64,000 nucleotides of DNA from the NCBI RefSeq assembly GCF_036321535.1, contig NC_087436.1:117864001-117928000 (forward strand), in the 5' to 3' direction. A program made the translations under genes and the position numbers. Every line of letters begins with the position of its first letter. Within the stretch, counting starts at the first letter, position 1. The notes under the pieces were generated by a model. That model saw nothing but the letters and a program-made list of their open reading frames with translations, searched no databases and had not been told where the DNA came from. The DNA comes from Camelus dromedarius (lineage: Eukaryota). Below, piece after piece: positions 51,058-64,000 of this stretch.

Positions 51058-54000
51058 TAGCCTCTGCGGCTACTCCGGCTGGCAAATTGGAAGTCAGGAT
51101 GCCGGGATCCCCCAGGGGCTAAGGGGGCTGGTCCTAAGGGTGGGGGGATGAGTGGGTTGGAAGCAGTGGGGTGTTCTTGTCCTGGGATGGTGATGGGAAG
51201 GGTGGAAGGCTGTGCCACTGTGGACCCGGAATTAATCCTTTAATCCTCTCCCTAAGACTCTGGCACTCTTATTAACCCATATTACAGGTGAGGAAACCAA
51301 GTTACAGGGCAGGTAAGCAACTTGCCAAAGGTCATGCAGGTGCCTAAGACCAGATCAGTGTTTTTTACCAACCGCTGCCTCTGTCTCCTGTGTGAATGCA
51401 GAAACACATCCAAATGGCCACAAAGCACCAGGGAAGTGTTGGCGCCTGAGCCAGAGCACTTGTCAGAATCCCCCTCAGACAACAGTCAAGATTGACCAGG
51501 TCGCCTTGCTGTAAGTGCTCCGTGCACCCCTCCACTCACGTCAGATTTGAAGAAACTGTTCTGGACGTAGCCTTAGAGGTGCACCATGGTCACCAATGGA
51601 ATCAAAGTCCTCATTTAGAGATGAGAAAACTGAGGCTTGAAGGGGCTGTGTGATAAGGGGGGAAGATAACAGGGTGGTGACACAAAGCGCAATGCAGGCA
51701 TGGAAGAGGTGGACCTTTCTTTGGACCTTTCTTCGGAGGCAGCCTGTGAGCTGAGACCTAAAGGGTGAGGAGGAGCCAGGAGTTCGAAGAAAAGTCAAGG
51801 GAAGAATCTCCCACGGAGAGGGACTGGCAAGTACAGAGGCCCTGAGGTGGGGAGAGGCTAATGAGGCTGGAACTGGCTTCTGGGGGGTTAAGAGTAGGAT
51901 CTGCTTTGCATTTTCTGAAGTTCTGGGAGGCGTTAGTGAGGAGAAGGGTGGCAGTGAAGTAGAAGGGTTCCTAGTTAGAGGGAAAGTGATGGCGACCCGG
52001 ACCAGGGTGGCTGCCAGAGAGATGCTTTTCCCTTGGTAACATTCCTTCCCTTCTGCTTCCCTCTCGCTGCGCTTCTACACCTGCAGGGAGGGTTTCCGGA
52101 GAAGCTTCGCAACCTGGCCGGGTGAGGCAAGCCCCAGGCCCCACCGTAGTTCCTCTTCCCTCCCGAACTTACTCAGATTCAAAACCCAGCACCCCGGCCC
52201 CCAGCTCCGGTCCTGGAGTCCCCGAAACCCTGCGCCAGCTCGGGAGCCAGCTGGACCTCAGCTGTGGGGCGGAGTCCGGCGCGGACAGCCCCCTGCGGGG
52301 ACCGCAGCTCGCCGCTGGGCTCCCTCACCCCTTCCCCTGACACCCAGCCGGGCTCCCGAGGCCCAGCTGTGCGCCAGCTGTGCGGCCCCGCCCCAGCCTG
52401 CGCTCCTGGAGCTCAGCTGCCCTGCAGAGGCCGCCCCGGTCCATCTCGCAGCTTAAGAAACCGAGGTGGACGCCAAGGAAGGAAGGGGATTGCCTGGTGT
52501 CGGGCAGGTGCGGGTGCGAGACCCTGCGCCAAACGCCTGCTGTGCATAGCCTCATTAACCCTCACACGAGCTGAGGAGTAAGCAGGGTCATTGCCGTCAT
52601 CCCTCTGCCCGCGTGAGCACACTGCCGCTCGAGGGGGTGAAGGGACTTGCCCAAGGCCACAGGACTGGACTGGATTCCAACCCAGAAGTCAAGCAGGTGC
52701 CCAGGGAGCAAAATTTGAGGAAGCACTCCCTCTCAGGGTTAAGTGCAGGGTGGGTACCGGGAGGGAAGGCACGAATATCCAGAGAGAGAAGATACTTCCC
52801 CTCAATGCTGAATAATCATCTCAATTCTCCCCCCCCCCCGGGGTTATTAACATAGTGGAGCCTCAGGCCCCCACCCCACCTCCAGGACTATTCATGCTTC
52901 TGTTCTTGCACCAAATGTGTCTGTCAACATCTTTTCCTCCTGCGAGCTGGAGGCAGGCTATGGGTTGATAGGTTTTTCAGCTTTTTATGCCAGTGCCCAG
53001 TGTGGTCCTGGGGGGGGGGGGAGAGCAAATGCCCATCCCCCAAAACAAGTGCTTACTCTGCGTCAGACTCTACCAGGCGCCTAATAGGCCTTATTTCACT
53101 TAATTCACACCATGACCTTTAAAGAAGATCGTCTTTATTCCCTTTCACAAACAGATCAGCTGATATCCACAGATATCGAGTGACCCGTCCCAGGTCACCA
53201 AGCAGCTTCTGTATAAATACTTAGGAACCTGCACTTATGATGGGAAACCCAGTTTTCCTGCCACTGGGGTTGGGGGAGGGTGGTTTCCGAAAAGAGATGC
53301 AAGAGGTGGCGGCTGAGCTGGAAACTTCACCGAGCAGCGACTTGGGCGGGGACGCCAGGAGGCGTCTTGGCGAATCATCCTGAGCACTTCTGTGTCTCCT
53401 AAAATGCCAGCACGCCTGGCAGCTGGCACCTGAGTTTCCTCTAGGTCAAATCAAGCTGCTCTGGGTCTGGAGTAGGGGCAGCAGATTCACAAAGCCGCGT
53501 CAGTGGACCGACCCCCTGACCCAGTAAACGCTACCTGGCTCATGGGTGAGGGCTTGGGGCAGGTGCACAGCCCTCGCCCGTGCCTGGATTTCTAGGAGGG
53601 CCCTCGGTCTGACTCCAGTGGTCCCCTGGGAGCCGGGCTGGGGGGCGCTGGGACAGGACCTGAGGACCCTGAAATTCTTCCTGCTCTTCCTTGTCCCAGC
53701 CCCAATTTCTCTTCCCTTTCTCCTCTTTTATTTTAAATTAATACAATTGATTTTATAATTCATATGGCTAATCTTCAATCGATATAATAATAATATAATT
53801 TCTTATGTTAAAAGGTGTGAATTGGCCGCTTGAGATCCCAAGGCACCCATCCATTGGACGAGTGTCCATTGCACCAGGGAGCCGGGGAGGGGTGCTGGGG
53901 ACAGTGCTGCGACAATACAGCGTGCCAGTCCCTGAGCAGCTAGGGGTGAGAGTGCAAGCTGCTGGCACTAAGAAGGAAATGAAAACAGATGCTGCCCAGC

Positions 54001-54239
54001 CAGGTGGTATATCAAACAGAGGGCGTGGCTGGGAGCAGGGGCTCCCTGAAGGGGGTCATGGGGGACACTTGAATGGAATAGAAAACCATCCAGGCTAAGG
54101 ACCAGCAAGTGCAAAGGGCCCCCCATCCCCACCCATCCATGATGTGGGTAGAATTTTGGGGCTTTGAGCATCCTTTAGCGGTGGACAGGCACTGGCATGA
54201 TTTGCCTGGATAATGGACATTTCCACTTTTTTTTAAGAT

Positions 54240-54458
54240 AGCTTTCTTTTTTGGTTTCTTTTCTAAATGTTTTTTACTTATTGAAATGTAGTTGATTTAC
54301 AATGTTCTGTTAGTCTCAGGTGTACAGGAAATGATTCAGTTATACATATACATACCTATATATATTTTTTCAGATTCTTTTCCATTATATGTTATTACAA
54401 GAAATTGAATATAGTTCCCTGTGCTATCCAGTAGGTCCTTGTTATTTATCTATGTTAT
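54240..54458 (-). mobile_element. L1 3' end fragment
   Basis: T-rich tail then TTGAAATGTAGTTGATTTACAATGTT...GAATATAGTTCCCTGTGCTAT, shared with the other L1 3' ends in the window; a shorter stub lies at ~61895-61965. Confidence 0.8.
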
Positions 54459-55146
54459 CTCTACTTTTAAACTGAATTCAAGAATCAGGTCTCCTTTGAT
54501 TTTCACCATCTAACAGGCAGTTGGGGTAGGTTCTCACTGTGCGCATTTTGCAGATGAGGGAGCTAAAGCCCAGCAGCCTGCCATGGTTCCTCAGTGGGTG
54601 GGGGGGGGTAAACTGAGGGTGAGAAAGTGAACCTGGGTCATTCCATGACACCTCATCTGACTCCAGATGGGACTGGTTTCAGGCGATTGCTTAGCTTTGT
54701 GCGGCATCCCACCAGCACATCCATTTAAGGAGGGACGGAGCACGCAGTTTGTCGAGGCCACAAGAAATGTTCCAGCATTGGCTGAAGGGAGCAGAGTGTG
54801 GAGCACAGTGAGAGACATCACTGTCTTGTTGAGAAACAGGCCTCTGGAGAAGCTCAGGACATGTTGGTTTCTGAAGCTCAGTGATTTGGAAGTGTTTGTT
54901 GATCTTGGGGGTCTTTATTTGCCCAAGTGGAATCTGCTCCTCCTGGAGGGAAGTCTGTGTTGCTTGGGTCCTTGTTTCCACCTGGGAGGACGTGCCTGCT
55001 GCGGGTCTCGGTCTGCAGCCAGGTAGGTCCAGCACCATACACGGGCTGCAATCCACAGGATTGAACAGGATCTCTGAAATCATTTGAATGAAGCCCAACC
55101 CCTGACAATGAGCTACAGGGACCATTCTGATTTCCTTCTCCTCCTG

Positions 55147-55980
55147 CTGGGCTGGCTTCATGGGCCTGTGACCAGTGCAGTTACACAGGGAACCGCTGTC
55201 AGAGGGGCCCCATGCTTGGGGTTTCATGCTGCTGTCACCATCTCCAAGTTCTTAGTAATTTTATCTTCAAGTTTACGTTTCATAAGTGACATCTGATGTG
55301 CTGGGGGCTTGGACCTGCCTCCACTGCCTCCTGGGATAGTTTTTGGCTGCCTGCTGCCCTCCTCCCTGGTGACCCTGGAGCCTCCCTGTCTCTGCCCGCC
55401 CGCCCAGTGACTGCTGGTACCCTCTACTGGCGGGGACCTGGATGCCAGTGTGGGGAGAGGCAGGCCTGGGTACAGACACCCTTTGGCACCTGGAGGTGGG
55501 GCATGATGGTGGCACGTGTTCTGTGAGCAACTTGGAAGGGGTGAGCTTCTGGTCCTCCCCAATTCAAGTACCTAGCACATCCCAGAACAGAAACTGCGAC
55601 TCCCTTGGGGATCATCATCTGCCAAGGATCAGGGCAGTGGGTCTGAGGGAGGAGGAGGTCTCTGACTCGATTCCGCTTCCCCACTGCTGAGCAGACCTGG
55701 TGGCTGGCAGGAGGCGGAGCCGGGCAGCTGGTGTACATGCCAAGTCACAGTGTGGGACCCCTGGGTGCCTGTGAGGGTCTGCACTCACCTGCCAGTGTTC
55801 CTGTGAGCGCAAGGGCGTGACATGACCTAGGGAACCCTCAAAAGGTCCAGAGTGAGGCCGCAAGGAAAGGAAAGCAATTTCTGTGTAAGCACCTTTAATG
55901 CACTTTGCCCCTGCCTTTTGAACAAGGGGCTGTGCATTTTTGTTTTGACTTGGACCCCCAAAACTGTGTAGCCAGTCCTC
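55147..55980 (+). mobile_element. MER91/Zaphod-like hAT-Tip100 element
   Basis: Left end CTGGGCTGGCTTCATGGGCCTGTGACCAGTGCAGTTACACAGGG and right end TTTTGAACAAGGGG...TGTGTAGCCAGTCCT resemble recalled MER91A termini, separated by ~650 nt. Confidence 0.6.
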
Positions 55981-58198
55981 CCCCCCCCCATGTAGCCAGT
56001 GGCTTGCGGGCATTTCTTCCTGGAAGCTCAGTGCCGCTGACCCGGCCAGCAGAGCCTCAGGGGCCTGGATGTAGGTAAGAGCAACCTCTCAGCCAATAAA
56101 CAAGTCTTTGTAAAACAGGATGCCCCCCTCTTCCCCACAAGCCCCAGCTTTACGAGGAGATATCTTGGCAGCACACCAGCAGAAACTGCTGCCCGGCTCA
56201 GGGGTGACGTGTCCACGGGGCGGGGGGGTGCTCTGGAAGGTCTGGGTTCAGCAGCAGAGAGCTAGCTGGGCACATGGACAGCCTTCCATGGGTGCACCTA
56301 CTTGATGGGCCCCAGGAGGAAACTAAGTCCAAGAGACAGAGTTGGTGACCGTCTGGGTGTCACACTGGGAGGAGGAGCGACGTGATGTCAGGCACTCAAG
56401 TCATCTGGTCTAACTTAAGTCCAAAGCAAACATCCCTCCTGTTCCCCTTCCTCCAGTGAGTCTTGATCTCATGGTTTCTAAGACCCTTTAGCTTGCTGGT
56501 TGGTCCATCCTCTCCAGTCTTCCATAGAAACCTCTGGAGGGGTCTTTAAAAATATTTAAATCTGATCTTTCCCTTCCCCAGCTCTAAACCCTTCAGTGGC
56601 TTCCCATCTCATTTACAGTAAAGTGCAGAGTCCTTACCCTTGCCCACAGGCCCTACATGATCTGGCCCCCCTGCCCCCTAGACTTTCCCAGTTGCTCACA
56701 CCATGGTAAATCCTCTGACCTTCTGGATGTCTTTCACACACCTGTGCCCCAGGGCCTTTGCACTTGCTGTTGCCCTTGCCTGCAGTGCTTTTCCTTGGGT
56801 ATTCGTATGTCCATATGCTCTCTCTATCTCAGGTTTCTGCTCTAGTGTGTCAGAGAAGCCTCTCCTATTCCCTTGTCTAAAATTGCACTGTTATCACTTC
56901 ATGACCACTTCTAAGCTTGCTTTGTTTTTCTTCATATAAATTGCTACCTGACAGCATAGGACATGCTTACGTGTTTATTTATGTATTTCCCGTCTCTGCC
57001 CCACTTGACTCTTAGCACCCAGAGGCAGTGACTGTGCAGGTTCCCTCTGAAGCCCCAGCACCTGGGACAGTGCTCAGGCTTCGATATTTATTAATTGAAT
57101 GAAGACAATGTCTCTCACACAGGAGGAGCCCTCAGAGGTTCCGTGAGCAGCTCTCGTCCCTGTGGGTTTGGTGGAGCAGCTGGTCGGCAGACTGGGCTTC
57201 TGAACACTGAGCCTGGCTCTTGTCCACACTGCTGCCCACTTTTCAGAAGAAACCCTGGGGGACCTGGCTGCCCAGGAGGCAGGAAGATGGGGGCTGAGAA
57301 GTCAACCCTGGGAACACAGATTTAGGGGAAAATGGTAACAGAGAAAAAGGCCATCATTTCCATGGAGGTCTGCCAGCTCTCATGTCCTGATGCTTCCCTG
57401 TCCAGAGCAAACGCAGGACACCTGGAGATTCAAAGGAGGGCTGGGCTGGGCTGTGTGTGGGCACGCAGTTGAGTGAGCATCATTCTTGGAGCCAAGAAGG
57501 TTGGGGTCAAGTGCTCACTAACTGGCCACGTGACCTGGCGCATGCTTGTTCACTTCTCTAGTTAACAGTTAATGTGACTGTTGGAATAGTGACAAGGACT
57601 TAGTAAGGCCTCAAAAGCCACCACTGTGAACAGGTGCTTAGGACTCAGAAGCCAGGAAACCTGAGGCTTCTTGCTGGTTCCTGCCCTCATCCCCCACCTG
57701 CCCCAACGTCATCCAGGGTGGGAGAAACAAGAGAAGAGGGGAGATACTGGGGGGAAAGACACAGAGATATGTCCCCCAGCTGCACTCACCTCTTGTAGAC
57801 CCTCACCCCAAGTCAGTGAGGCTGACAAAGCAGGAGTTATAACTCTCTTCTGCCAAATGAGGAGACCAACGCCCAGAAAGGTTGGGGTATTTGCCTAAGG
57901 TTGCACAAGGAGGAATGGACTAGAATTAGCCCGGATGTTTGGATTCCTGGCCCCAGGCTCTGTTCCCATCACATTTTCACACTGCACTGCTTTTCCTCGG
58001 GTCTGCCTGTTGCATTACAACTGGCTGCCCTTTTTCCTTTTTCCCCCAGGGCTTAGATGAGCTGGAGCCTGGAGACATAATAGTGAGTTGGACGCTGTTC
58101 TACCGCTGACCCCAGGCCAGGGCACAGCCACGAAACTCTAAGTCTCTCACAGAAGCTTTTCCCAGGCGCCCTCAATCTGTGATGTCTGTGAGATAATT

Positions 58199-58341
58199 CT
58201 TTTCATTTTTATTTTTGTTTTGTTTTGAAGGGGGGAGGTAATTAGGTGTATTTACTTATCTTAATGGAGATACCCAGGATTGAACCCAGGACCCCGTGCA
58301 TGCTAGGCATTATGCTCTACCATTGAGCTATACCCTCCCCC
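58199..58341 (-). mobile_element. tRNA-derived SINE, Vic-1-like (camelid)
   Basis: Minus strand reads GGGGGAGGGTATAGCTCAATGGTAGAG...GGTCCTGGGTTCAATCC...CCTAATTACCTCCCCCC then an A-rich tail; Pol III A and B boxes recognisable. Confidence 0.85.
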
Positions 58342-59279
58342 ACCTTATAAGACCATTCCTGACAAGGACTTCTGGGCAGTTCTCAAAGTGCAGGTGAACA
58401 CAGGAAATTCTGCTAGGATGAAATGAGGGTAAGGGTCATTTAAGTCCTTAGTATTTGGGTACTTTTCTTTATGTGGTTGGGAGAAAGAAAGAGTGATTTT
58501 TGTTTGCCAAGCACCTACTAGGTTCCTTACTCCTGTTCCTTAATATAATGTACACATCAACATGTGGGATTGGCATCCTGCCCCATCCCTGTTGTCCAGG
58601 GAATAGAGGAGCCCAGGGTGGGTGAGTCAGTTGCACACGGTCACGCAGTTAATGAGTCCATATCTGGAATTCAAATTAACGTTCTGTGTGACTTTCATGT
58701 CCATGTCAGTTCAGTCCACCCACACTTGCTTTAAGTGCCTTTTTCACACGTTAATAAGCTCTGAAAGCATTCTGGAAGTTGTTGCAAAAACACAAATCAA
58801 GTAAAACACTTAGAAGAAGAAGAAAGAATGTTGGGGGAATAAAAGCAAACAAGAAACAAACCAACCTCAAACTCTTTCCTGGTGTTAATGGTTTTCACTG
58901 GAGGTGATAAAGAACTTGAACTCTTAAGATCAGTCTTTGGACTTGTTAATAACAGCCTGGTAAGAGAATGCTAATGAAATGTTATTAGTTTTTTTCCATG
59001 TTAAAACCACATTTCAAATAATTCAGTTCGTCATCCTTTTTTTATGAGGAACAAAAACAAATGTTTTCCAAAGCTTCAAACCAAAATCTTTGTGTGGGTT
59101 TCTTGTCTTGAGCCAAAGATTTCATGTCTTTTCCCAGCTGGGAATTCCCTTCCCCCTGTTCCTCTGTGTTCCAAGTCCTACATGTCTTGCTGGTCCAACT
59201 TCCACCTACCCTGTCCTTAGATGCCAGCCCTGTCCCCACAGAGAGTCAGAGTCCTGGGTACAAAGCCACAATCCTTTTT

Positions 59280-60040
59280 GTTATCCACTAAAAATTTAGC
59301 TTTTTAAAAAATATAAGCCATATTTTAAAGAAATTCTCACTGAAAAATAAACAAAGCTGCAAACAATATAGAACATATTTCCACTCTTCTCCCGAGAGAT
59401 GATCAGTTTTTAAAAGTTGTTTTTAGAATTAATTCGGATTTTTTTTTAATTTAAGAAGTAAGTTTCTATAGTTACACTCAATTGGTTCTAAAAGACTTGT
59501 AATGAAAAAGAGCAGTCTTCATCCTGCCCACCTCAATTCTCTGGCACAGATGCAACCATTTTCAACTTTTAGTTATTTCCTCTGACATTTTCTTCCCTTT
59601 CTCTAAGTAATATCTCTACACTGATAATCCTTGATTTTTCTGTGTTAAACATTATCAGTGGACTTTCTGTTACCAAGATGAAGATTTGCTCTAATACTAA
59701 TTCCCCCAATCCTCCTCTTACCAGTCTGATTATAATTTTACTTCTTGTTAAATCAATATTCAGTGTTTATTATTATGACCATGTGAACTGTGTTCACAAT
59801 CATACCACGTAGTATGCTAACTTTAATTACATTTCCTCTCTTGTATAACTTTTTCTTTTTCCTGGAGTTGATAATCGCCTTTACATTTTATTTAATTCCC
59901 CATGTGCTTGTTATTAATTCATCTCCTCACTTTTCCAGAAATGGAAACTATTCTAAGCAAATTAACACATACTAGATAATCTCTCAGATTCATTTTTACC
60001 CCCTTGGAATCATTTCTCCTGGAGAATATTACTCTCTTAC
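59280..60040 (-). mobile_element. Old degraded L1M-like AT-rich segment (similar at ~16950-17480)
   Basis: T-rich, low-CpG composition with L1M-like phrases; family not assignable by eye. Confidence 0.45.
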
Positions 60041-60569
60041 CACTGGTTACTGCTAATGACCCAGGAGCTAAGCACTATTTTTGTCCTCATGCTACAGACG
60101 AAGAAAGGGAAGCGCTGCCAGACGTGTAACTTGCCCAGAGCCAGTGTGGATGAGCGGAGAGGAGGAGGTCAGGACCAGGTGTGTCTCTGCAGCCTGACCT
60201 CTAACCTCACCCCGTGCAGCATCCTGACCCTCTGTGCACATGAACACACACCATCGGGCTGTCAACCTTATTCTGTAGCTTCCTTTTCTAATCCAACCAT
60301 CAGTCTGGGTTATCAGTCTACCCCAGCCCATTAAATCAACCTCATCCTTTTTAACAGGAGCATAACATTCCACAATAAAACCTGCCAACACATAATTATC
60401 CACTCCCTGTGTAGGGACACATAGGTCCATGACTCTTTTGCCATGTGACTTGGGATCAATCAAGTCTCTTGGGTCTCAGTTTTCCCATCTTAAAAATGGT
60501 GGCGTCACAGAGGGTACAGTCCAGCACAACTCCATTATATAAAGCATAGAAGTAGTTGAAATATTGCCA

Positions 60570-60996
60570 TGTCCAGGTTGAATGGTAGCCCTCCAAAAGA
60601 TAAGTCCTAACCCCTGAACCTGAAAAATGTGATCTTATATGGAAAATTAGCCTTTGCAGATGTGATTAAATTAAGGATCTTGAGATAAGGAGATCATTCT
60701 GGGTGATCCGTGTGGACCCTGAATCCAAAGAGAAGTGTCGTTAGAGGAGGCACATAGAGGAGGCACATAGAGGATGCAATGTGACCACAGGGGCAGGGAC
60801 TGGAGTGATGTTACCACACACCCAGGAATAATCACAGGCACCAGGAGCTGGAAGAGACAAGTAGCATCCTCTCCTATAGGCCCTGCTGAAAGCTTGAGTT
60901 TGGACTTCGACCTCTAGACCATGGAAGAACAAATTTCTGTTATTCAAAGCCACCGAGTCTGTGGGTATTTGTTATGGAAGCCACAGGAAACTAACA
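60570..60996 (+). mobile_element. MLT1 LTR with an internal 13-bp tandem duplication (TAGAGGAGGCACA)
   Basis: CTTTGCAGATGTGATTAAATTAAGGATCTTGAGAT...TTTGTTATGGAAGCCACAGGAAACTAAC. Confidence 0.8.
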
Positions 60997-62050
60997 TAAG
61001 CCATTGAAAACGTTTTTAAAAGTGAAAGTGTCAGAGCATCTCCGGGTTCTCCCGCGTACGGGGAACGGGCACCTCAGGAGTCAGGGCGTGGTGTCTGGAG
61101 GCCTGCACACCAACCTCGGGCTGATGCTTCTTTGCACTTTCTTTCCTTGGTGTTCACTTCTTGCCCTGTAGTCACCGCTGTGCGGTGTAAATGGGAACCA
61201 CCGGCTCTTCCTCCCAGGGCTACCTCCCCTGGCAGGGGGCTCAGGCAAAGGCGTTTTAAATAAGAGTCTGTGCATGACTCAGCTAACACAGTCCTTGAAG
61301 AATCAGGGCTCTGAAATCAGCCTTGGCATCTCCAGTGTCCAGGAGCGATGAGGTAGGGCCCAGATGAAGTCTCGGCCTGTTCTTGACCTCAGAGAAAGTC
61401 ATGGTTGGAAGGGTCCACAGGAGCACAACCCTGTTAACTGAGACGAGCCCAGAAACGGCAGTGACTTGCTAATGTCATGCGGCGAGCAAAAGCCTAAGAG
61501 TGGGGATCCCAGGTAGGCAGCCTCCCCACACAGTGGCATTGGCCAGCCCCAGCTGTGTTGGACCTGCACCTCCACCTGGATCTGCCTGGGAACAGAAGCT
61601 CCCCACCCTGCACTGAGGGAGAGCGTCTCAGCCCAGGGGAAGGCCCTCCTGCCCTCAGGGCTGCCCTGTGTGACCCCAGCAGCCAACTCCTTCCCTTCTC
61701 TGCACCTGTTTCTTCATCTCTGATGTGGAATGACCCCTGATTATAACCGTCATACCTACCTTGCAAGCTTGTTCAGAGATTAACAGTGGCCCTAGGTGAA
61801 CACATGTTATAAAACCACCAATGTCCAATAAGCATCAGATGTCTCCGTCCCGTGTAGCTCAGTCAACACTACTTAGCTCTGTTACGTCACTGCTATTTAT
61901 TCATTTTTCAATTAAAGTATAGTTGATTTACAATGTTGTGTTGGTTTCTGATGTACAGCATAGTAAGTAAAAAGGAACTAGCGACTATAAAGAGGAGCCA
62001 AGCAAAATCAGAAAACTCAGATGCCGAGATGAAAACCTTGGCTGTTACTA

Positions 62051-62452
62051 ATTTTTTTTATTGCAGTATAGTCAGTTACAATGTTGTGTCAATTTCTGGT
62101 GTAGAGCATCACTTTTCAGTCATACAGATACATATGTATATATTGCTTTTCATACTCTTTCATTATAGGTTACTACAAGCTATTGAAGAGAGTTCCCTGT
62201 GCTGTACAGTAGAAACTTGTTGTTTATCTATTTTATACATAATAATTAGTATCTGCAAATCTCGAACTCCCAATTTGTCCCTTCCCACCCCATTTCCCGC
62301 CAGTATTGAGATCGTCATACTGAGTGAAGTAAGCCAGAAAGAGACAGAAAAATACCATATGATATCACTTTTACGTGGAATCTAAAAAAAGTGACACAAA
62401 TGAACTTACTTACAAAACAGAGACAGACTCGCAGACCTAGAAAACCAACTTT
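62051..62452 (-). mobile_element. 5'-inverted (twin-primed) L1 3' fragment
   Basis: 62051-~62303 is an L1 3' end in minus orientation; ~62305-62452 is the adjacent upstream L1 segment in plus orientation. Both match parts of the 19845-20543 copy. Confidence 0.8.
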
Positions 62453-64000
62453 TCGTCGCTGTTGTTCTTAATGCCTGTCTTTACTCTCAGGATGAAAACT
62501 CCCCGCAGCCGCCACTGTGGCTGTTCTCACTGTAGAATTCTCCACGTCTACACCATGCCTGACACTTAGGTGCTTAATAAATGTTGGCTAAATGAACACA
62601 GTAATGCCATTATTAATAGGAGATTGCATGATGTAGGATAAAAAAAAGTCTTTTATCTTATGAATTGAGCATTACATATTCTGTCTTGTCTCTATGAGGT
62701 AGCATCGTTTGCCTGTTATTCTCTATCTCTCTCATTCTTTCCCACCTTCTCTGAATCTCTACCTCTGTCCATTCTCCAGTCTGACCCAGTCTGAGCTCTC
62801 CAGCAGGCCCAGGGCCACTGTCATTTTGGTCTGATGGTCTCTGAGCTTGAGCCCCTCCTCTCCTGGATCTCTGCTCCTCCCCGGCCCTCTAGGCAGCCCC
62901 CATTCCTCCCCACGGGGAATTGCCAAACCCCAAGTCTAGGGCTGTCTGGAACCCTAAATCCAGGTTCTGGTGCGACCCAGTGCTGGTCTCAGTGACAGGC
63001 TGAGGCTGGGTGCAAACCTCCTGATGGACATAAAAAAGATGTCAGGAATCTGAAAAAACACGATTTGGCTGGAGCCCTGCCTTAATCTTTCATGAGCTGT
63101 CTTAGTTGAAAGGCTTCTTTTTTTTTTTTTTTTCTTTTTTGGCGCGCAGTTTATCTGAGAACTGCTTGGCACTTGGGAATTTTCCACTGGCACAAGCCAA
63201 GCCTACTGGTGCCAAGATAGGAGAGAAGAAATATCAGACAAAATGGACCCTGCTTTCCTGCCAGTCTCAATTTGGGAGGCTTTTTCCATCCTTGGGGCCA
63301 TTTGTGAGAAATCAAGCTCCGAGGCCTTCTAGGGAAAATCTTTTAATTTTTTTATTCTCCAGCATGGAAATTCTGCACATTTGAATATTAAGTAGTGACA
63401 TGAGCAGGGTTTGGGGCAGCAAGGCCAAGAAAAATTATGTGTGCTTATTCTTTTTTTAAATTTTATGATGGGGAGGCCATGAGGTTTCTTCAGCCTGAAG
63501 AGGCTTGATCAAACCATGACTGCTACCCACGGCATCATGGCTTGGGCAAATCACAGCATCTCCTTGTCCTCAGTTTCTGCTCCACACAAAGAGCGAATGG
63601 TACTTCCCTAAGTTAGTGTGGGGAGGAGCCCTGTGAATTCTATGCTCCCTCTTTCTGGTGTGTATGTGGTGTGAGCTGGGTCCTCAGCTGGGAAGCTGGA
63701 CCTTAGAGGGTGAGCCTTGGGCAAGGGAGGGAGGAGACTGCCTGTATCTCTTCGATTAGTGTTCACAACAGGCAGGGGGAGCTGGCAGGGCAGCGTCTGG
63801 GCTGTGGGTACTAAGATGGAAGCAGGTCAGAAGCTAGGATGGCGTAGCTTGCTGAGTACTTGTATGTCACTCTCCATATTTATTCCCGTTTTGGAATCCT
63901 CTGGCCTCTAGGGGAAAAAAAGTCAGGATAGAAATCTGCTTCAAGGGAAGAATCTCTGTGAAGTGGGTGGAAATGTGTGGGACCCCTGAGCAGGCTAACA

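Overview
Mammalian (eukaryotic) genomic DNA containing one protein-coding gene, the two-exon homeobox gene MSX1 (+ strand, CDS 40446-40914 joined to 43279-43721, 303 aa). The gene sits in a CpG-rich, repeat-poor domain (about 35.6-52.7 kb). The ~35 kb upstream and ~11 kb downstream are gene-desert sequence: old MIR/L2/MLT/MER/L1 repeats interrupted by several unique, homeodomain-site-rich blocks that look like developmental enhancers. Two tRNA-derived SINEs of the Vic-1 type suggest a camelid genome (inference from recalled consensus). All other ORFs in the supplied track look like GC-rich or repeat-derived noise. I see no clear-cut new multi-gene system. The best leads are regulatory: (1) an out-of-frame uORF that spans the first MSX1 start codon and stops in an ATGA overlapping the second, followed by a perfect-Kozak in-frame Met43; (2) a candidate enhancer at 5.0-5.4 kb built from successive inverted repeats; (3) the overlap of the poly(A) region with an antisense TATA box. 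Repeat family names and repeat/enhancer boundaries were assigned by eye and are approximate.
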